DNA from: Candidatus Bathyarchaeia archaeon | GTDB taxonomy: Archaea > Thermoproteota > Bathyarchaeia > 40CM-2-53-6 | Direction of reading: 5' to 3' | DNA: 64,000 nucleotides | NCBI GenBank assembly: GCA_049513715.1 | Contig: JBEKVV010000001.1 | Location: forward strand, 256,001-320,000 | Part shown: positions 1 to 10,649 of the stretch, in pieces | How positions within the stretch are numbered: position 1 is the stretch's first letter | Layout: the number at the start of each line of letters is the position of its first letter | Translations under genes and position numbers: made by a program | The notes under the pieces: model-generated | The model's database searches: none | What the model was told of the DNA's origin: nothing | Seen by the model: only the letters and a program-made list of their open reading frames with translations

Positions 1-31
1 GAGGTTATTTCCCTCTCGCAATAACTAGGAG

Positions 32-3000
32 ATGTTCCCGAGTTTGAAGCAGAGAAAACGAAAGGCCGCTAAAGTGAATGTAAAGGCGACCAAGATCAGC
101 GTCAAACCGCACAGAATCAAATTACATGAAAAGCTGATGGCGCTACATCAGCACGCGGCCAAACTCAGCTCAGCCACGCAGATTGAAAAGGTAGCCAAAT
201 ACACGCTAGACGCGATGGAGTACGCACTTGGATTCGACTACGGTGACTTCACAACCGTTGAGAATGGATGGCTAAGAAAAAAGGGCTCCCGAGGAATGAA
301 AATCGTCTACTCAGATCTACCTCTTAATGGGCCTGGAATAATTGTGAAGGCCGCAAGAATGAGGGACACGGTTTCAGTGTCCGACACTAGGAAGGAACCA
401 GCGTATGTCGATCGCATGGGCATCAATTGGAAAGGACCACGAACAATGCTTTCGGAACTGGCAGTGCCCGTGGTCGTAGACGAAGAGAGTGCTGCTGTGC
501 TAAACGTGGAAAACGCGCGGCCGAATACCTTCACTGACGAAGACCGCAACCTCCTCGAAATACTCGCGTCCCATGTTGGCTCAGCGTACAAGCGTCTAAA
601 CTACGAGGGGAAGTTGATTGCACTCCACAAGCATGCACAGCAACTCGCCTCCGCCACATCCTTGGAGGAGATCATCAAGTGCACCTTGGACGCAATCGAG
701 TCTCCGCTGGGAGTCGAGCTGGCGGATTTCTATGTGATTGACACCGAGAAGGAATGCCTTCGTCTTGTTGGGTTGCGCGGATGGAGTCCTTCCTTCTCAG
801 AATTGAGTCTGCGAGGCCCCGGTTTCACAGTGATGGCTGCAAACTCACAACAGACGGTTAGGATACCCAACATTAGCAAAGAAGAAGGTTATGTTGATTC
901 TGCAGGCCGTTCAGGAAAGGCGGTATCGACGACGCGGCTTTCGGAACTCGCAGTACCCGTGATCGTTGAAGGCAAGACCGTCGCAGTCTTGAACGTCGAG
1001 AGCAGTCAACTCAATGCCTTCAACGATGAAGATCAAAGGTTACTCGAAACACTTGCGGTTCACGTGGGCTCGGCGCTTGGACGCTTGAGACATGAAGAGG
1101 AGCTAGAGACTTTAGCGAGGTTCCCCTCCGAGAACCCGGATCCCATCTTAAGGTTGGACAGGCATGGCACCGTTCTCTTTGCAAATGAGGCGAGTAAGGC
1201 ACTATTGCAGGACTGGAACTCGGGAATTGGTCAAGCTGCTCCCAAGCCTTGGCGCGACCTTGTTACTGATGTTCTTTCCTTTGGAGAAGGCAGGAATATC
1301 GACATCGAGCTTGGCGGCAAATCATACACGTTTCTTGTTAAGCCGATCGTGGAAGGGGATTACGTCAACCTCTACGGAGCGGACATCACTGAACGCAAGC
1401 GGATGGAGAAGGAGCTTAGGCAGAGCGAGGAACGGTTTCGTCTCATCACCGAGAATATGCCTGGAAGCGTATATCTCATGGACATGAATCTGAAGCCGAC
1501 CTACATCAGCCCAAACAACACACGTGTTCGAGGTTACACACTAGAGGAACTTTACGCTCTACCGCTCGATAGACAATTGACCCCTGACTCACTCAAACTT
1601 GCTTTGGAAAATTTCAAAAAGGCTTTGTCCGAAGAGAACCTGAAGTCAAAGGACGCACGGACAAGTCTCACAGAGGAACTGGAGTTCTATCGGAAAGACG
1701 GATCTACTTTCTGGAGTGAGAACACATTCTCATTCGTCAGGAACTCAAAAGGCGAACCTGTCGGAATCCTGGGAGTTGGACGAGACATCACCGCACGCAA
1801 GTGGGCGGAAGAGAAACTTCGTCAATCGGTAGAACGCTACCAGTCTCTCTTCGATCGGATGCTGGATGGAACATACCGCAGCACGCACGAGGGCCGATTT
1901 GTCGACATCAATCCTGCTTTTGTAAAGATGTTCGGGTATTCGAGCAAGCAGGAAATGCTGGACATTACGGACATCAAGAAGCAACTGTATTTCTCACCCG
2001 AAGAACGCGGAAGCCACATTCTGGACACAGGCCAGGAAGAAGTGGAAGCATACCGGATGCGTCGAAAGGATGGATCCGAGATCTGGGTAGAAGATCATGG
2101 TGGTTACGTTCACGACGAACGGGGGAAAATCATCTTCCATGAGGGGCTACTGCGTAATGTTACAGAACGCGTGCGCGCCGAGGAGGCGCTACGCCAGCAT
2201 GCTAGGGAACTGGAAGCGCTCCAAGCGATAGTTCTGGATATTACCCGAAGACAAGACTTGCCGACGATGCTCCGCGCCATCGTTGAACAAGCGGCGACTT
2301 TGCTGAGAACTCCAAGCGGAGGATTGTATACGTGTAATCCTGAAAGGCAGATGGTGCGATGCGTCGTGAGTTACAACACCCTTAAGGATTATACCGGAAC
2401 GTCACTCATGTTTGGAGAGGGCGCTGCCGGCACAGTGGCCAGCACAGGACAGCCATTGATAATAGACGATTATCACAGCTGGTCAGCTCGGGCTGGAGTG
2501 TTTGAGGAGGACCAGCCTTTCGGCGCCTTGCTCAGCGTGCCCATGATCTGGGAAGGCCAAGTTACCGGCGTAATTCACGTCTTGGACAAAGAGTCAAGAC
2601 ACTTCACCAAAGCCGATCTTGCGTTGCTGAAACTCTTCGCAAACCACGCAGCGATCGCCCTCGAGAACGCACGTCATTCAGAGAACTTGGAGCGGATGGT
2701 TGGAGAAAGAACCGCTAAGTTGGCCGAGAGCCAACATCAGCTTCAACTCATGGCAGACTCCTTGCCAGCAGCGATAAGCTACGTGGATTCGCAACAGAGG
2801 TATAGTTTCAACAACAAAACCTACAAAGAATGGTTTGGTAAGTCGCCCAACGAGATTGTGGGACGACATGTTAGAGAGATATTGGGTGAGCAGACCTATC
2901 AGAGAATTCATGGGCGCATGGAAGCCGCACTCTCAGGAGAGGGACAGTTCTTCGAATATGAGTTAACGCTTAGATCGGGCACACGGTATCTCAGCGCCAC

Positions 3001-3781
3001 CTACGTTCCAAACTTCGGAGAGGACGGACAAGTCAAAGGAGTGTTTGTTTTAGGCATTGACATTACAGAACGCAAAAGGATGGAGGAGCGTCTTCTCAAG
3101 GCTCAGCGTTTTGCTGCTATCGGGGAGACAGCGGCAATGGTGGGCCATGATCTTCGCAACCCATTACAAGCAATTTCTGCGGCGGCATACGTCTTGGAGA
3201 AGAAGCTTAGCTCAGAAGCAGATTTGCAGACCAGGGAGATGCTTGAAGCGGTCAAGAACAGTGTCGCATACTCAGATAAGATCGTAGAGGACCTCTTAGA
3301 GTACTCTGAAGAGATACGATTGGAACGCTCAGAAACAACACTCAAATCGCTCGCAGGAGACGCATTACTTAACGTGAGAATTCCAAGGAACATATCCGTT
3401 TCAAACTTGACATCAGACGAGCCGAAGATACGAGTCGACGCAGCAAAGATCCGGCGTGTGTTCTCTAACCTGATCGAGAATGCTGTCGACTCCATGCCCA
3501 ACGGCGGCAAACTTACAATAATCAGCAACAAGTCAAATAGCCAAGTCGAACTCAAGTTTATGGATACGGGAGTAGGTATCCCTGAGCATGTCTTGCGTGA
3601 ACTCTGGACGCCTCTCATCACCACGAAGCCCAAGGGGATCGGGTTAGGTTTGGCTATCTGCAAACGCATCGCGGAAGCACATGGTGGTTCCATATCTGTG
3701 ACCACCAAGAAGGATGAAGGCACAACCTTAATCCTGAAACTTCCTCTCACAGCAAACCAAGAAGAAGGTAGGAGCGCATGA
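32..3781 (+). CDS. Multi-sensor histidine kinase (2xGAF, several PAS, GAF, PAS, HisKA, HATPase)
   Basis: Two tandem GAF repeats (SELAVPV..VLNVE..AF), PAS/PAC motifs (DITERKRME, RKDGS), H-box GHDLRNPL, N-box NLIENA, G-boxes DTGVGI and GIGLGL; exact start uncertain. Confidence 0.93.
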   Translation: MFPSLKQRKRKAAKVNVKATKISVKPHRIKLHEKLMALHQHAAKLSSATQIEKVAKYTLDAMEYALGFDYGDFTTVENGWLRKKGSRGMKIVYSDLPLNGPGIIVKAARMRDTVSVSDTRKEPAYVDRMGINWKGPRTMLSELAVPVVVDEESAAVLNVENARPNTFTDEDRNLLEILASHVGSAYKRLNYEGKLIALHKHAQQLASATSLEEIIKCTLDAIESPLGVELADFYVIDTEKECLRLVGLRGWSPSFSELSLRGPGFTVMAANSQQTVRIPNISKEEGYVDSAGRSGKAVSTTRLSELAVPVIVEGKTVAVLNVESSQLNAFNDEDQRLLETLAVHVGSALGRLRHEEELETLARFPSENPDPILRLDRHGTVLFANEASKALLQDWNSGIGQAAPKPWRDLVTDVLSFGEGRNIDIELGGKSYTFLVKPIVEGDYVNLYGADITERKRMEKELRQSEERFRLITENMPGSVYLMDMNLKPTYISPNNTRVRGYTLEELYALPLDRQLTPDSLKLALENFKKALSEENLKSKDARTSLTEELEFYRKDGSTFWSENTFSFVRNSKGEPVGILGVGRDITARKWAEEKLRQSVERYQSLFDRMLDGTYRSTHEGRFVDINPAFVKMFGYSSKQEMLDITDIKKQLYFSPEERGSHILDTGQEEVEAYRMRRKDGSEIWVEDHGGYVHDERGKIIFHEGLLRNVTERVRAEEALRQHARELEALQAIVLDITRRQDLPTMLRAIVEQAATLLRTPSGGLYTCNPERQMVRCVVSYNTLKDYTGTSLMFGEGAAGTVASTGQPLIIDDYHSWSARAGVFEEDQPFGALLSVPMIWEGQVTGVIHVLDKESRHFTKADLALLKLFANHAAIALENARHSENLERMVGERTAKLAESQHQLQLMADSLPAAISYVDSQQRYSFNNKTYKEWFGKSPNEIVGRHVREILGEQTYQRIHGRMEAALSGEGQFFEYELTLRSGTRYLSATYVPNFGEDGQVKGVFVLGIDITERKRMEERLLKAQRFAAIGETAAMVGHDLRNPLQAISAAAYVLEKKLSSEADLQTREMLEAVKNSVAYSDKIVEDLLEYSEEIRLERSETTLKSLAGDALLNVRIPRNISVSNLTSDEPKIRVDAAKIRRVFSNLIENAVDSMPNGGKLTIISNKSNSQVELKFMDTGVGIPEHVLRELWTPLITTKPKGIGLGLAICKRIAEAHGGSISVTTKKDEGTTLILKLPLTANQEEGRSA

Positions 3782-4248
3782 GCGGCTCGGCAAGAATTCT
3801 TATTGTCGATGATGATCAGGAGATTCTGAAGACGTTCTCCGCAGTGCTAAAGGAGACCGGGTATGTGGTGGATACGGCGGAGAGTGGGAGAGAGGCGATT
3901 GAGAAATCTGAGGCCAACTTCTACAACCTCGCTCTGATAGACATCCGTCTGCCCGACATGGAAGGCACGAGACTGCTAACAGCCCTAAGGGAGACAACTC
4001 CGAAGATGATCAAGATAATTGTGACAGGCTACCCAAGCCTGCAGAATGCTGTCGACGCTGTAAACAAAGGTGCCGACGGTTACGTTATCAAACCAGCGAA
4101 AGCAGAAGAGCTTCTCAACACCATCCGAGAACACTTGCGAAAACAACAGGAGGCGAAGCAGTACGGGGAGCAGAAGATCAAGGAGTTCATCGAAACGCGG
4201 GTTGGAGAACTAGATACGGAAGAGAAGCAGCCTTCAAAGCGAGCTTGA
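3778..4248 (+). CDS. Response regulator receiver protein with C-terminal helical extension
   Basis: ILIVDDD, phospho-acceptor DIRLPD, TG and KP motifs; ATGA overlap with the kinase stop. Confidence 0.93.
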   Translation: MSGSARILIVDDDQEILKTFSAVLKETGYVVDTAESGREAIEKSEANFYNLALIDIRLPDMEGTRLLTALRETTPKMIKIIVTGYPSLQNAVDAVNKGADGYVIKPAKAEELLNTIREHLRKQQEAKQYGEQKIKEFIETRVGELDTEEKQPSKRA

Positions 4249-4757
4249 AATTCGATGTGAATTATGGGAGGGCAGGTCGTTTGAGTGAGGATGCGGTCTG
4301 GGACACTGAGAAGGGTGAGCTTCGCATCTTAGGCAAACGCCATACAGCTATTGATGCTCAGACTCTTTGCAGCCATCTTGATTCTTTGGTCGGCGTCCAA
4401 GTTGCTGAGGTTATCATGCATAACCTTGAATTTCGCCTAGGCAAGTTGGACGCCGCAAGGCTCAAACCTGAGAGACCGCAAGCCCCTCTTAACGAACTCG
4501 TCGAGCACCTTGCCAAAACAGACCGTCTATCCGGAATAGGAGTAACGAAAGTGACGTTAGCAGAAGACCCACAGAAACCAATACATATCGAGGTTGCTAA
4601 CCCCAATGTCAAAGGAACGACAGGAGCCGCGAGAGCGTTTCTCTTCTCATGGTGGGCTGGCGCACTGACCGCACTGCTCGACAAAGAATTCGATGTGAAG
4701 TACGTTGCTTACGACGAAACAAAGAACTTGCTGAAGGGCCAAATTGCAGTGAGGTAA
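4245..4757 (+). CDS. Hypothetical protein, V4R-like small-molecule-binding fold possible
   Basis: Coupled to the response regulator; GELRILGKR...LSGIG...WAGALTALL pattern resembles archaeal V4R-like proteins, without obvious Cys ligands. Confidence 0.5.
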   Translation: MKFDVNYGRAGRLSEDAVWDTEKGELRILGKRHTAIDAQTLCSHLDSLVGVQVAEVIMHNLEFRLGKLDAARLKPERPQAPLNELVEHLAKTDRLSGIGVTKVTLAEDPQKPIHIEVANPNVKGTTGAARAFLFSWWAGALTALLDKEFDVKYVAYDETKNLLKGQIAVR

Positions 4758-4762
4758 GGTCA

Positions 4763-5146
4763 TTGACTACCGCAACGCCTGTTGTGAGCGCCGAAGAAGT
4801 CTTCGCGGTTAACAAGAAGATACGATGGATGGCCTTAACGACCGAGAGGGGCGATGTCGTTCTTAACCAGATGCGCCCGGGCGTTCAATCACACTCTCCA
4901 ACGCAAGCTGATGAGGAGTTCGTCAGGTTAGGGCCTCTCACGTTGTTAGGGGTAGCGGAGAAATATTCTGAATACCTGAAGGGGGTGGACAGCGTCGTTG
5001 TATGGTTCGGACTTGCCGTCTGCGTGTACTCAAGGCTAGGTTCCCAAGTCATATCGGTCTCGATCGAGAAACAATTCGAGGCCCTCTCTCAATTCCTGAC
5101 TTGGCTTGAGAAGAAGAGATCGCTACAAGTGCCTGCGCCTCCATGA
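4763..5146 (+). CDS. Hypothetical protein, roadblock/profilin-like fold possible
   Basis: In-frame TTG at 4763 just after the upstream stop (ORF 4649..5146); IRWMALTTERG..RPG and terminal VSIEK resemble archaeal roadblock-like proteins. Confidence 0.45.
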   Translation: MTTATPVVSAEEVFAVNKKIRWMALTTERGDVVLNQMRPGVQSHSPTQADEEFVRLGPLTLLGVAEKYSEYLKGVDSVVVWFGLAVCVYSRLGSQVISVSIEKQFEALSQFLTWLEKKRSLQVPAPP

Positions 5147-5267
5147 ATCACCCTCAAATTCATGATAGGTTGGATACGATGAATTAGCATCTGTCAGACG
5201 AAGTGCCAGAGAAGTCTGGAATGGAACAGTTGCGTGAGCGTGGTTGGTCATTACGGTTTTGGAACGT

Positions 5268-5756
5268 TTACTGAAGCTGTCGGACTTCGATTAGAATCAC
5301 TCTGTAGGAAATGTAGATCTCGACTGATAGAAAAGCTACTCCGCAGAGGACGAGCAACATGCCCCCAATGAATGTGGCGTTTATCAGGGTTTGAGTCAGG
5401 TTCGGTGCGACCGAAAAGTAGCCCAAGCTGATGGAGAAAGATGTCAGGACGAAGAACAAGACCGAGAGCATGTGACATAGCATCCCATTCCTAACGTAGG
5501 CCAAACGCGGAAGAAGCAGGTTCAGCTGAGTCTCGATGCTTCTCAACCTTTCATTTTCGGTGTCGTCCAACTTTCTCTCCTTTCGAAGCTTCTTACCCAA
5601 CGTTCTCTTCTCGTCGTCAAGCAACCTAATTCTGTTCACAATGGAGCTGTGTCTCGTATTCAACGTAAGGAGGAGTAGAGCTACGCCGGTAATCATTACC
5701 GCTGGGGCGAGAATGGCCTAAATCGCCTGTATTGTCGTGACGATGTCGCTTTCCAA
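5268..5756 (-). pseudogene. DUF2721-like membrane protein with in-frame TAG at codon 13 (or a shortened CDS from 5696)
   Basis: Frame reads LESDIVTTIQAI*AILAPAVMITGVALLLLTLNTR; the QAILAPAVM..LL.L..R start resembles DUF2721; 3 hydrophobic segments. Confidence 0.55.
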
Positions 5757-5881
5757 CCTAAGTCTCCTCGTAAACTCGATTTTGGTCGGGTGTATGAATC
5801 ACGCTCCATTTCCAGCTTGGGGAATTAGCCGGAAACATCAGGAACATCACGAATACCCTGCCTGGAATGTTGGTATGCTGC

Positions 5882-7186
5882 GTGAAGCAAGCGCAAATAG
5901 CGCTGCCCATAGACGACCTCCCGAAGAAATGGTACAACATAATCCCGGACATGCCGCACGGGATTCCTCCTCCGAAAGACCCCGCAGATGGAGAATCGCG
6001 ACTGCAAGCGCTCGGACGGAGGATGATTGGTGAGTGCCTAAAACAAGAATCATCAAATGATCGATGGATCGACATACCTGACGGAATTCGTGAACTCTAC
6101 ATTCAGGCGGGCAGGCCGCGCCCCCTCTACCGCGCCTACAGGCTCGAAGAGAAACTCGGCCTTAAGAAAGTCAGAATCTACTACAAACGAGAAGACCTCA
6201 GCCCTACAGGGTCGCACAAGGTTAACACGGCTCTGGCCCAAGCATACTTTGCCGCTAAAGCAGGAAAGCAGGTGCTTGTAACTGAGACTGGTGCAGGCCA
6301 ATGGGGAACCGCGCTGGCTTACGCAGCCAGCCTGATGGGGCTTTCCACTGAAGTATTCTGGGTGCGGGCGGTATACGACTGGAAACCCGAACGACGCACC
6401 CTAATGCAAATGTACGGCGCGAAAGTACACGCCTCTCCGAGTGGCAAAACCTCGTTCGGGAAAAAACTTCTCTCCCAAGATGCGAAACATCCCGGCTCCC
6501 TGGGTATCGCTGTATCTGAGGGCCTCGAATACACAGACGAATCACCTGAACGAGTCTATTGCTTAGGGTCAGTCCTGAATCACGTTCTGATTCACCAATC
6601 CATCATCGGTCTTGAGGCAATCAAGCAATTCGAGCAGGTGGATGATTCACCCGACCTTGTAGTTGGCTGCCTAGGCGGTGGATCAAACTTCGGCGGCATC
6701 GCTCTGCCATTCATGGGCGAAGTTCTAGCCAAGAAGAGGGAATGCGACTTCCTCGCTGCACAATCAGAGGCCGCTCCCAACCTTATCAAAGGTGAGTACA
6801 AGTATGATTTTGGCGATACTGCCGGGCATACGCCTCTTATGATGATGTACACGCTTGGTCACGAAGCGGTCATGCAGCCAATTCGCTCCGACGGCCTGCG
6901 CTATCATGCTGCTGCACCAATCATCAGCGCACTAAAGCATGAAGGCTTACTACGAGCGATTGCTTACCCCAGCGACGAAGTAGATGTATTCACAGCGGGG
7001 AAATTGTTCCTTGAGAGTGAAGGTTGGCTCATCGCGGGAGAATCCGCCCACGCGGTCAAGGCCGCAATTGATGAAGCGAAATCAGCGGAATCAAGGAACG
7101 AAGAAAAATGCATACTCATCAACATCAGTGGACATGGGTTCCTAGATATTGACGCATACCGCTCCATACTGCATCTAGATCGCTAG
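5882..7186 (+). CDS. trpB2: TrpB2-type tryptophan synthase beta chain-like PLP enzyme
   Basis: PKKWYNI, PTGSHK (PLP Lys), TETGAGQWG, GGGSN, GLRYH, SGHG; probable GTG start at 5882 within ORF 5867..7186. Confidence 0.92.
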   Translation: MKQAQIALPIDDLPKKWYNIIPDMPHGIPPPKDPADGESRLQALGRRMIGECLKQESSNDRWIDIPDGIRELYIQAGRPRPLYRAYRLEEKLGLKKVRIYYKREDLSPTGSHKVNTALAQAYFAAKAGKQVLVTETGAGQWGTALAYAASLMGLSTEVFWVRAVYDWKPERRTLMQMYGAKVHASPSGKTSFGKKLLSQDAKHPGSLGIAVSEGLEYTDESPERVYCLGSVLNHVLIHQSIIGLEAIKQFEQVDDSPDLVVGCLGGGSNFGGIALPFMGEVLAKKRECDFLAAQSEAAPNLIKGEYKYDFGDTAGHTPLMMMYTLGHEAVMQPIRSDGLRYHAAAPIISALKHEGLLRAIAYPSDEVDVFTAGKLFLESEGWLIAGESAHAVKAAIDEAKSAESRNEEKCILINISGHGFLDIDAYRSILHLDR

Positions 7187-7222
7187 CAAGGAAACCGTCA
7201 CCCAGCTAGGAGCATCAGTGAT

Positions 7223-7909
7223 TCATGGAATCTTGTATGAGAGCCACCAAAAGCATTGGCCAACATGAATCTCCAACTCGATAACTAGAGGTGCGAAGAT
7301 TCCTCGGAGTTCTTCCTCATCGTAATAGTTTTTCAGTACAACGTGCTTTGAACCGGTTCTCAGTTCTCGAATCTTGAATGTGTCTTCAATGTCTGTTCGT
7401 CTGATCAGCTCGCCGCCGATATCGGGCACGTAGACATTATCTGCCATGAATACCGCTGCCCCAGTGACGAGTTTCTTGTGAAAACCGTGCAGGAACTCAT
7501 TGACTTGAGCTTTGGGAATGTGCGAGAACCAGAAGTTCGCCAGGCCTGCGTCGAATGTGCCGGCCACCCTGTCCAAGTTGTAGGCGTCAGCTTGCTCGAA
7601 CTCCACCTTATCCGCGGGTATGTTCTTTGCTCGCGCAATTTCTAGCATTTCGAATGACTCATCGATTGCCACGATGCGCTCTGCAACTCTAGCTGCAAAT
7701 TCGGTCCAGTATCCAGTTCCGCATGCAACCTCCAGTACGCAACGCCCACGAAAGTTTTCCATGATGGCGTGGGAGATTACCTGTAGCTCGCTCAGCCGAA
7801 TTGGGTCTTGCCGTCGGTAAATTGCTTCATACTCTGAAGCGCGCTTGCTATAGTACTCAACAAGATCACCGTTGACCTGAGCTTGCTTTTTGGATTTGCC
7901 AGTTCTCAT
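7223..7909 (-). CDS. Class I SAM-dependent methyltransferase
   Basis: VLEVACGTGYWT SAM motif I, YY..RA.EY N-terminus, FWFSH. Confidence 0.85.
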   Translation of the reverse strand: MRTGKSKKQAQVNGDLVEYYSKRASEYEAIYRRQDPIRLSELQVISHAIMENFRGRCVLEVACGTGYWTEFAARVAERIVAIDESFEMLEIARAKNIPADKVEFEQADAYNLDRVAGTFDAGLANFWFSHIPKAQVNEFLHGFHKKLVTGAAVFMADNVYVPDIGGELIRRTDIEDTFKIRELRTGSKHVVLKNYYDEEELRGIFAPLVIELEIHVGQCFWWLSYKIP

Positions 7910-8778
7910 TTTATCCTGAGCAGTTTTCTAGCATTTTCACTTAGAACCATTCTTCTCACGTCGCTGTTCACGTTGAGGCCTCCAAAATCATCAAGCCACC
8001 TTTTTGGGCTCAGCATAGGGTAATCGGTTCCGAACATGAATTTTTCCGGAATCATCTTGGTCATGTATGTTACGAGGAGTGGTTGGAAGTACTTTGGGGA
8101 CCAGCCGGAGAGATCAATGTACACGTTTTCCTTATGCGCTGCAATTGCGAGCTGTTCATCTTGCCACGGCCATCCCGGGTGCGCCATGATTATTTGCAAT
8201 TCAGGAAAGTCAGCCGCCACATCATCTAGTAACATGGGATTTGAGAAACGGAGTTTCACATTGCCTCCGCCTTTGAGGCCTGCTCCCCAATTAGTCGAAC
8301 CTGTGTGAAAGGTAATTGGTACGTTCAGCTCGAGGCATTTGGAGTATATCGGATAGTACTTAGGGTCATTTGGTTCGAAGGCCTGGACTTGGGGGTGCAG
8401 CTTCAGCCCAGAGAGCTTCAGCTCTCGAATCGAGTGATCAAGCTCCTTCACTGCTTGCTTCTTGTGCGGGTCAACTGACGCAAAGCCCAAAATCCTGTCG
8501 GGATAGCGGTCAACGGCCTTCGAAACAAATTCATTACTAACAGCCGGCCTGTGGCTTGTCGTCTCTGCGTCCCAAGCAAACATAACCAACTTTTCCACCC
8601 CGCAAACTGAATACTCTTCAAGCATCTCCTCGAAGGTAGCTAGCTTGATTGGGTGCCCAAACTTCTTGGCAGCGGCCTCGGCATGAATCCCTCCAGCATC
8701 AATTAGGAACTCCTTTGTGGGCGGATGGACATGGACGTCAACGAACCCATTACTCTCAGAAGACGGCATCCTCTGCAC
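7906..8778 (-). CDS. Amidohydrolase family (Amidohydro_2) metal-dependent hydrolase
   Basis: DVHVH, GLKLHP, FHTG, AHPGWPW, FGTDYP. Confidence 0.9.
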   Translation of the reverse strand: MQRMPSSESNGFVDVHVHPPTKEFLIDAGGIHAEAAAKKFGHPIKLATFEEMLEEYSVCGVEKLVMFAWDAETTSHRPAVSNEFVSKAVDRYPDRILGFASVDPHKKQAVKELDHSIRELKLSGLKLHPQVQAFEPNDPKYYPIYSKCLELNVPITFHTGSTNWGAGLKGGGNVKLRFSNPMLLDDVAADFPELQIIMAHPGWPWQDEQLAIAAHKENVYIDLSGWSPKYFQPLLVTYMTKMIPEKFMFGTDYPMLSPKRWLDDFGGLNVNSDVRRMVLSENARKLLRIK

Positions 8779-8929
8779 TCCAAGCTAGGTCTGTTTTCGC
8801 TTTGCAGTCATAAAAGCTCAATGCGGCTCCTCATATTCTTTCCATAAGACCGAGCCTTACACGATCAATGACTCGCCAGCGACAGACTTATGATGCCGGG
8901 AATGAGTTGAGAAACGTGGCGAGTGCTGC

Positions 8930-9349
8930 TTGAAGGCGAAACACTCTGCTCTGCTGGCAATAGTTGGCGGTTTTATTGATTTGGCAGCCGGCTGGGCGTT
9001 GATGGTGAGTGTTCCACCGATGATGCCGATCACAGTTCCCCTTGGGGAAACTACGCTTCCGACTATGATGCCTATTGGCCGGTCTACGTTGGTGGTGAGC
9101 TACTTCCTGCTTGCTCTTGGCGCAATTGTCTTGGTGACCGGTGTCTCCATGTTCTACGCGAAAATGATGATGCATCGCGTAAGTTTCGGAAGGCTGATGG
9201 TTGTCTATGGCGTTATCATGCTGGTGCTAGGCGCAGGCATGATTGGGAATCTGTTTTCGATGATGCAGGGGTCGGCGATTTCGGGTGCTGCTATGCTTGT
9301 CCTTGGAGCAGCGATGCTCTACAGCGGCTCTAGTATGGCTAGGGAGTAG
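8930..9349 (+). CDS. Met-rich four-helix membrane protein, unknown function
   Basis: Four hydrophobic segments, many Met residues. Confidence 0.6.
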   Translation: MKAKHSALLAIVGGFIDLAAGWALMVSVPPMMPITVPLGETTLPTMMPIGRSTLVVSYFLLALGAIVLVTGVSMFYAKMMMHRVSFGRLMVVYGVIMLVLGAGMIGNLFSMMQGSAISGAAMLVLGAAMLYSGSSMARE

Positions 9350-9354
9350 TAGTC

Positions 9355-10584
9355 TCACTCTACGGAAATCACTATTGTTTGGCGAGCCAGCTTCAGGACT
9401 TGAGATTCAACGGCGTTCTTTTGCTTCAGCACACCCTTACTCAACTCTTGTGCCCTCCTTTCCAAATTTCGGTTTTCAGTCAAGATTGATTGTTTTCGAG
9501 TTCGCGTTTCGGTCAGCGATCGGTCAATGGTCTCCTTCTTCTCAATTAGTCCTCTAGACTTCAGCTGGCGTGTGGTTTCCTGGATGTTTGCCTGGAGGGT
9601 GAGGTATTCTTCGCGAATTGTGTCGAGCATTCCAGCATTGATAGATTGAATTGTTTCTGTCGCCTTTCTCCGCTTCCTCTCTTCAACCTCCAATTGACCT
9701 CCCTCAAGCGCTTCCTCGAGTGAGTGCAACACGTCCACAATGCCAAATGACTGGGTCATCGCAATCGATTCCACGGGTTTCTCTATCATGTCATGAAGTG
9801 CTCTTGCATCAACCGAGGCAACCTGTTTCATTGAAACGGCTCGCTCCAACTTGAGAAGAGGCTTCAAAATGGGTTGCAGCAATTGCTTGATTTCATCTTC
9901 TTTCCCGGACAATCCGTCCTCCAAGCGCTTTAGTTCAAGAAATTCCGGTCCCGACGTAAGTGCCTCCCTTTCGGATGAGAGTTGTTGCTCAACAGTTGAA
10001 ACTTCGCTTAGCAGTTGGATCTCTTGCTCTAGCTGAGCCCTAAGTGCGACTAGTTCACTCTGCTTTTCGACAACTGCATGAGCCTCTCTATGTAGAGACT
10101 CGAGTTTGAGACCAGGGGAATTGTCGAGAGCCGCTCCCAAAGCTTTGACTGAATTCTCGAGCTTTGCAAGGGCACCATTGAGAGAGGCCAATTCAGTCTT
10201 CAGTCCTCTATGCAATTTGGGAATGTACTTTCGGACGGCAAGTATGATTGAGTTCATTGCTTGAACGGATTCTTCGTGGAACTTTTCAGTGTCCTTGTAG
10301 GATGGTTTGCTGTCTTTTTGTGACAGTTCTTGAGACGTTTCCTGGATTTTGTGGGCAAGGCGCATTCCATATTCGGAGGCGGTTTTGTCCATCGATCCCC
10401 AGGCATTCTTCACGCCGGTCGCGAACTTTATTGCCGCATTGTTCAATCCCGATGCGTTATCCTTGACTGTCCTAGCTATTTCCGCGAAGCGCTTCTGGTG
10501 GTCCTTCATGAGGTCGTGCGCTAGGGAATCACAGAAGTCTGATAGTTCATCGATTCGAACATTCCTGGCGCCCACCGCTCCCAC
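9355..10584 (-). CDS. Coiled-coil hypothetical protein
   Basis: 409-aa ORF rich in E/K/L/Q with heptad-like periodicity. Confidence 0.7.
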   Translation of the reverse strand: MGAVGARNVRIDELSDFCDSLAHDLMKDHQKRFAEIARTVKDNASGLNNAAIKFATGVKNAWGSMDKTASEYGMRLAHKIQETSQELSQKDSKPSYKDTEKFHEESVQAMNSIILAVRKYIPKLHRGLKTELASLNGALAKLENSVKALGAALDNSPGLKLESLHREAHAVVEKQSELVALRAQLEQEIQLLSEVSTVEQQLSSEREALTSGPEFLELKRLEDGLSGKEDEIKQLLQPILKPLLKLERAVSMKQVASVDARALHDMIEKPVESIAMTQSFGIVDVLHSLEEALEGGQLEVEERKRRKATETIQSINAGMLDTIREEYLTLQANIQETTRQLKSRGLIEKKETIDRSLTETRTRKQSILTENRNLERRAQELSKGVLKQKNAVESQVLKLARQTIVISVE

Positions 10585-10649
10585 CTAGTGCAGCAGAAGG
10601 TGCGCGGGTTTGCCTGATAAACACCGAGTTGGGCGGTTGCGGATGGCAA

